Assembly (NCBI RefSeq): GCF_032444005.1 | Contig: NC_091283.1 | Location: 626,944,001-627,008,000 of the forward strand | Source: Ranitomeya imitator | Taxonomy: Eukaryota | DNA length: 64,000 nt | Reading direction: 5' to 3' | Shown here: positions 51,601-57,600 of the stretch, piece by piece | Position numbering within the stretch: position 1 is the first letter of the stretch | Layout: the number at the start of each line of letters is the position of its first letter | The notes under the pieces: model-generated | Database searches by the model: none | What the model saw: only the letters and a program-made list of their open reading frames with translations | What the model was told of the DNA's origin: nothing | Translations under genes and position numbers: made by a program

Positions 51601-54600
51601 GAGAGAAAGCGAGATGAAGAGGTAGTATGGGAGTGGGAAACGCTAAATGTGCGGTTGGTAAAGTATGAGGAGATTCAGCATAGGGCAAGGTCTTTGACAA
51701 CAAAGGAAGAGAGGATCTGTAGTAGGAGGCAGTGGTCAACTGTATCAAAGGCAGAGGACAGGTCATGAAGGAAGAGTATAGAGAATTGTCTGTTAGCTTT
51801 GGCTGTAAGTAAGTCGTTCGTAAGTTTGGTCAGGGCAGTCTCAGTAGAATGCTGGGGATGGAAGCCATATAGTAGGTTGTCGAAGAGGGAGTTAGATGCA
51901 AGATATCCCACTTATTAAACCTGACAGGGCACACCTGTGAAGTGAAAACCATTCCCGGTGACTACCTCTTGAAGCTCATTAACAGAATGCCAAGAGTGTG
52001 CAAAGCAGTCATCAAAGCAAAAGGTGGCTACTATGAAGAACCTAGAATATAAGATATATTTTCAGTTGTTTCACACTTTTTTGTTAAGTATATAATTCCA
52101 CATGTGTTAATTCATAGTTTTGATGCCTTCAGTTGGAATGTACAATTTTCAAAGTCATGAAAATACAAAAAAATCTTTAAACGAGAAGGTGTGTCCAAAC
52201 TTTTGATCTGTACTGTATATATATAGACTGTATATATGTTTTCATGAATATTTGAGCGCATAGATCCATTATATGTCCATTTTGCAAGCCGGCGATTTTT
52301 CTTGCCATACGGATGAAAAACGGATGCCATACAGAGGTTTACATGCGCAAAATACGCAGCCACACCTTGCCTACGGATGACATACGGATCACTGTTCAGG
52401 GAACATTTCTGTGTATTTGGTCCATAAAAAAACGGATCGTATTTTTATACATTGTGTGTGACTCCAGCCTCAGGGCGTATGTCAGTATGGTGAGAGTAAG
52501 TGTGGAGGAAGAGAAATAAATTTAGTACATTTAATAAAAGTGGTTAGTTGTACCTTCTGTTCCTTTCTGGTTATTTTTCTGGGATATTTCTGCTGTATAC
52601 TTAAAGAGCCATACTTATGGAGCCAGACCATGGTCAGATGGACCTGGGACTCACAATTTATAGCAACCTAAGTGCACATGAAATAGGCCAGGTGAAATCA
52701 GGAGGGAGGGGCAGCAGGGAGACTGATCGCAGACACAGGAGGGGAGAAATTAGAAGTCAGATGGGCTAATTATGCAAATTGTCTCTTCAGAGAGAAAGAG
52801 AGCTAGAACTCTAGTGCCACCTATTGGAAGGTAGCAATCCTACAAGTTAATGTTGACCCTTTAGCGAGCCTTGTTACATGACTTAGGATAATAGCCAAAC
52901 CAGAATCTCAATTTGCAGACACTGTGTTTTGGGGTACTGCCCCTCATCAGTGCAAAGCGGAGATCTGGTTTGGCTGCTTCAGAGGCGTCAGACATTATCC
53001 AAGAAGTATTGTTTCTCCTTGCGGAGATCGACATGCTAAGCATGCCAAGATGAGGAGACTTAAGGTACCGTCACACTGAGCAACTTTCCAACGATCACGA
53101 CCAGCGATACAACCTGGCTGTGATCATTGGAAAGTCCTTTTGTGGTCACTGGGGAGCTGTCACACAGACAGTTCCCCAGCGACCAACGATGCCGAAGTCC
53201 CCGGGTAACGAGGGTAAACATCGGGTTACTAAGCGCAGGGCCGCGCTTAGTAACCCGATGTTTACCCTGGTTACCTTTGTAAAAGTAAAAAAAAACAAAA
53301 CACTACATACTCACATTCCGGTGTCTGTCACGTCCCTCGCCCTCAGCTTCACGCACTGACTGTGAGCGCCCATGTTTACCCTGGTTACCCGGGGACTCAT
53401 CGCTGGATCGGCGTTACACACGCCAATCCAACGATGACAGCGGGTGACCTGACGACAAAATAAAGTTCTGGACTTTCAGCTCCGACCAGCGATGTCACAG
53501 CAGGATCCTGATCGCTGCTGCGTGTCAAACACAACGATATCGCTATCCAGGACGCTGCAACGTCACGGATCACAATCGTTATCGTTCTAAAGTTGCTCAG
53601 TGTGAAGGTACCTTTAAAGCTGCAATGCTCCTCTGGGTAATATGCTAATTATGCAAATTGTTTTTTCAGAGAGGAAGAGAGCTAGAACTCTAGTGCCACC
53701 TATTGAAAGGTAGCAATCCTACAAGTCAATGTTGACCCTTTAGCGAGCCTTGTCACATGACTTAGGATAATAGTGAAACCAGAATCTCAATTTGCAGACA
53801 CTGTGTTTCGGGGTACTGCCCCTCATCAGTGCAAAGCGGAGATCTGGTTTGGCTGTTTGAGTGGTGTCAGACCGTTATCCTAGAAGTATTGTTTCTCCTT
53901 GCGGAGATCGACATGCTAAGCATGCCGAGATGAGGAGACTTAAAGCCGCAAGAGACAATTTGCATAATTAGCATATTGCCCAGAAGAGCATTGCAGCTTT
54001 AAGTCTCCTCATCTCGGCATGCTTAGCATGTCGATCTCCACAAGGAGAAACGAAACGATACTTCTTGGATAAAAGTCAGAAGGGAAAATGCAAACAGGAG
54101 ATAGTCAGACCCAAATGGACAGATAAAGCCAAATGTGTGTTGGCATCAAGGAATTATGGTGAGAAACATGCAGGAAGAAAACAAAAAAAACTTAAACTTA
54201 CTTGACAGCTCTCTAGTCAGTAAATTTTGCAGGCCCCGCTGATCTTGCCCCAAATCTCCAAGACACAGTGAGCTAGAATATTTCTTTATTCAGGCAGACA
54301 GCAAAAGGAACATATGAGGGAGGTGAGTGCAAGACTTTGGAACAGGGCATGACTACATAAAAAATAGCTGTGTGCTTGGCATGCCGCAAATAATTTTTTA
54401 TCCCAGATGTTTGCCTCGGAAAGTTGGCAAGCATGACACAAAAATATGCCATTGTACCGATAAATTAAAGCTGCATATTTTGGGTGTATAACAGTTTTCA
54501 GCTGCAATTTTACACTACAACAGCCCATCTTCTGGATAAGATTATACAAATTTTGCAATCAAAATAAAAAGGGTTAATGTTGCTTCATTAGTACATTTGA

Positions 54601-57600
54601 TCTTTTATTAGAATTCTCAAAGCTTTTTGGAGCCAAGTGAAATCATTAATAATTGGCCTGTGATCAGTATGGAAGGAATGACCATTGGATGATTAAGAAA
54701 AATCTTGGAGACAGATTCAGTGCTATTAATGACTACTAATGCATTCTGCTTGACTCTTGTAGAGCGGCTCTTAATCATGATTTTCATGTTCCGGTATAGG
54801 TGTTGGACCACAAATCACAACATGGCATTCTGGTGGATTCTACGGTCTCCTGTGTTCCTTGCTATACTGGTAATTCATGGTAGAAATGATACCCCATACG
54901 ATTGCCATATTACAAAAGAATGTGCAGCTTACTTTTTTAGGGGTTAAAAAAAGGAGCGTATATTACTGAAATGGTGCCCTTTCTGGGACTTATAAAGGAA
55001 AGGCTAGTAAAGAGCTATGAATGAATGCCAGACGGTGCAGCAGAAGTAGCTACTTTATCTGAGTCTTTGAGGCATGAGAAATTGTGTCTACTGAGCTTAC
55101 AGGTTTCATTGATGTATCATGCATGCTATATTTGGCTGACCGTGCATGTGTTTTCATTTGGCAGGGGACAGTTGGTAGGCCTCCATACAAATAAGATACA
55201 TGGACACTTTAAAAAGATCCACATTTGGAGACATGGCTGAGTTTTTTCTCACCTGTAGCACAGATTCATCTCACTGTCCTAGTCTTATTTCTTAGCTGCC
55301 GTGCTAGCACCCATCTATGACCAGCATGGTAACCCAGTGACCTATTAACCGTGACCCAGAGATAAAATGCTCAAACACTGGGATGTAAGCTGGCGCAGTT
55401 CCAAGTCATCTAGTAGTCACCACTACTCCTATTATTACCGTAGCAGTAGTCGATTTACGTACAGCGATCTTGTGATTCAGAAAATGTAAGTGATGATGCC
55501 ATTTTTTTCCACATACAGTTAATTTCTAATTATAACTGACAAGTGCAATATTGTTTAGAAACAAAAAAAAACACATTGGAAATTAAATGGTTATTCCTGC
55601 AATATTAATCATCATTCAATGGCTTAAATTCCCAACATAAATACAGTTATCAAATGCAATCAATTTCCAAAAGTGCGCGTTTCTCATCGACTGAAAATCT
55701 GCATTTTCGATGGTTTGCTTCCTGGTTTCCCATAGGTATGTCCTGTTCTATTTTCATGACAAGTCGCACATGCTCAGCATATTCCTGGGTTATCCTCATC
55801 TTACTTTCCAGTGACACCGCTAATTGTACCGTCCTCTAAGCACAGGGTGGCCATGGGCACTATGTGCCGCCTGTTGTCAAAGAAGGAAAAAGATGTCCTT
55901 CTCTACATCTGTGCCATTCCGCTATGTAATAGAAGAAGCAGAGTAGGTGTCAAAACTCAGTTGCCAGGTGTCCCGGGACCAGGGACGCCTTCCCTGTCCC
56001 TAATGCTAGGGGCGCCCTAGCTCACCCTGTTCTCCGGATTACTTCTGATGGTGAAGATGCCGAGGCCACGTACCTTGCCTTAGCTCCTGAATCCGCCCTC
56101 AGTCAGAGGGGAGTAGTAGTGTACCATATTGCACAAACCAGACTTAACAAGGTAATATGAACAGGGGTAATGAAAAATTCCAAACATAGAAATATACTCA
56201 CACATATAACAGACGAATGCACCGGGGAGTGGAGGATGGGGTTAAACTCAAAGTATGAGAAGGGAATTATCACACACCCAAAACCTAGCAACAGTCACAG
56301 ATAAATAACCGAACATTTACTCCTTAAATAACCAACAACAACCTCCAGCCATGCAGCAAAAGCCACTCTGACAATTAGTGCTAGCCAGGGGCCAGACTAT
56401 ATAGGAGATGGGAGTGGCTAATAGTGCACAGCTGAGAGTCTAAAGGCTCCAGGAGCTCTCAACATAGCAGATTAACCCCTGCACTGCCAATACAAAGTTA
56501 CACTGTTTAAAATAAAGGTGAAGTGCTTCTCATCAGTGCAGGAGTAGGAGAAATCAGACGCTGCATTCTTCTGGCTCCCCTCTATCGCAGTAAACCCGTG
56601 ACAGCTGGACTACTAATTACTAAACCAAAGGTTTTTCTCATTAAAAGCATGAACAATTCTGTCCATATTTGTTATAATGGAGACCTCCTACCTATAATTA
56701 CAAAGTACAACTGGGCCTTTATCTACACTGTCAAACAGATAAACTGTCAGCACACAGTTTTAATTTTTTAACACTAGAAATCCCAGAGAGGGGTCTGTTG
56801 TGAATTCTGTTGTCGAACTCCCTCCTGTGGTTGTGAGTGGTACTTCGGCGAGTTCTGTCTATGGGCTCCCTCTGGTGGCTGTGAGTGAAGCTGCTGCTTC
56901 TGAGGTTCCTTACACAGGTGACGTGGGTTGTCCTTCGGTTGGCTTCTCTATTTAACTCCTCTCAGATCGTTACTCCATGCCAGCTGTCAATGTTTTTGCA
57001 TTTGTTCAGTTTGCTCCTGGATCTCTCTGGTGACCTGCCTTCTCCTGCAGAAGCTAAGTTCCTGATAGTCATTATTTGTTCACTATTTTCTTGTCCAGCT
57101 GGTTTTCATGATTTTGTCTTGCTAGCTGGAAGCTCTGGGATGCAGAGTGGCCCCTCCACACCGTGAGTCAGTGCGGAGGTCTTTTTTGCACACTCTGCGT
57201 GGTCTTTTGTAGGTTTTTGTGCTGATCGCAAAGTTACCTTTCATATCCTCTGTCTATTTAGTAAGTCTGGCCTCCCTTTGCTGAAACCTGTTTCATTTCT
57301 GCGTTTGTGACTTTCATCTTTACTCACAGTCAATATATGTGGGGGGCTTCATTTACCTTTGGGGAATTTATCTGAGGCAAGGTAGGCTTTATTTTCTATC
57401 TCTAGGGCTAGATAGTTCTTAGGCTGTGACGAGGCGCCTAGGTCTGGTCAGGAGCGCTCCACGGCTATTTCTAGTGTGTGTGATAGGATTAGGGCTTGCG
57501 GTCAGCAGAGCTCCCACATCCCAGAGCTCGTCCTGTATGAGGTTTAACTATCAGGTCATTCCAGGTGCTCCTAACCACCAGGTCATAACAGGGGTCATTT

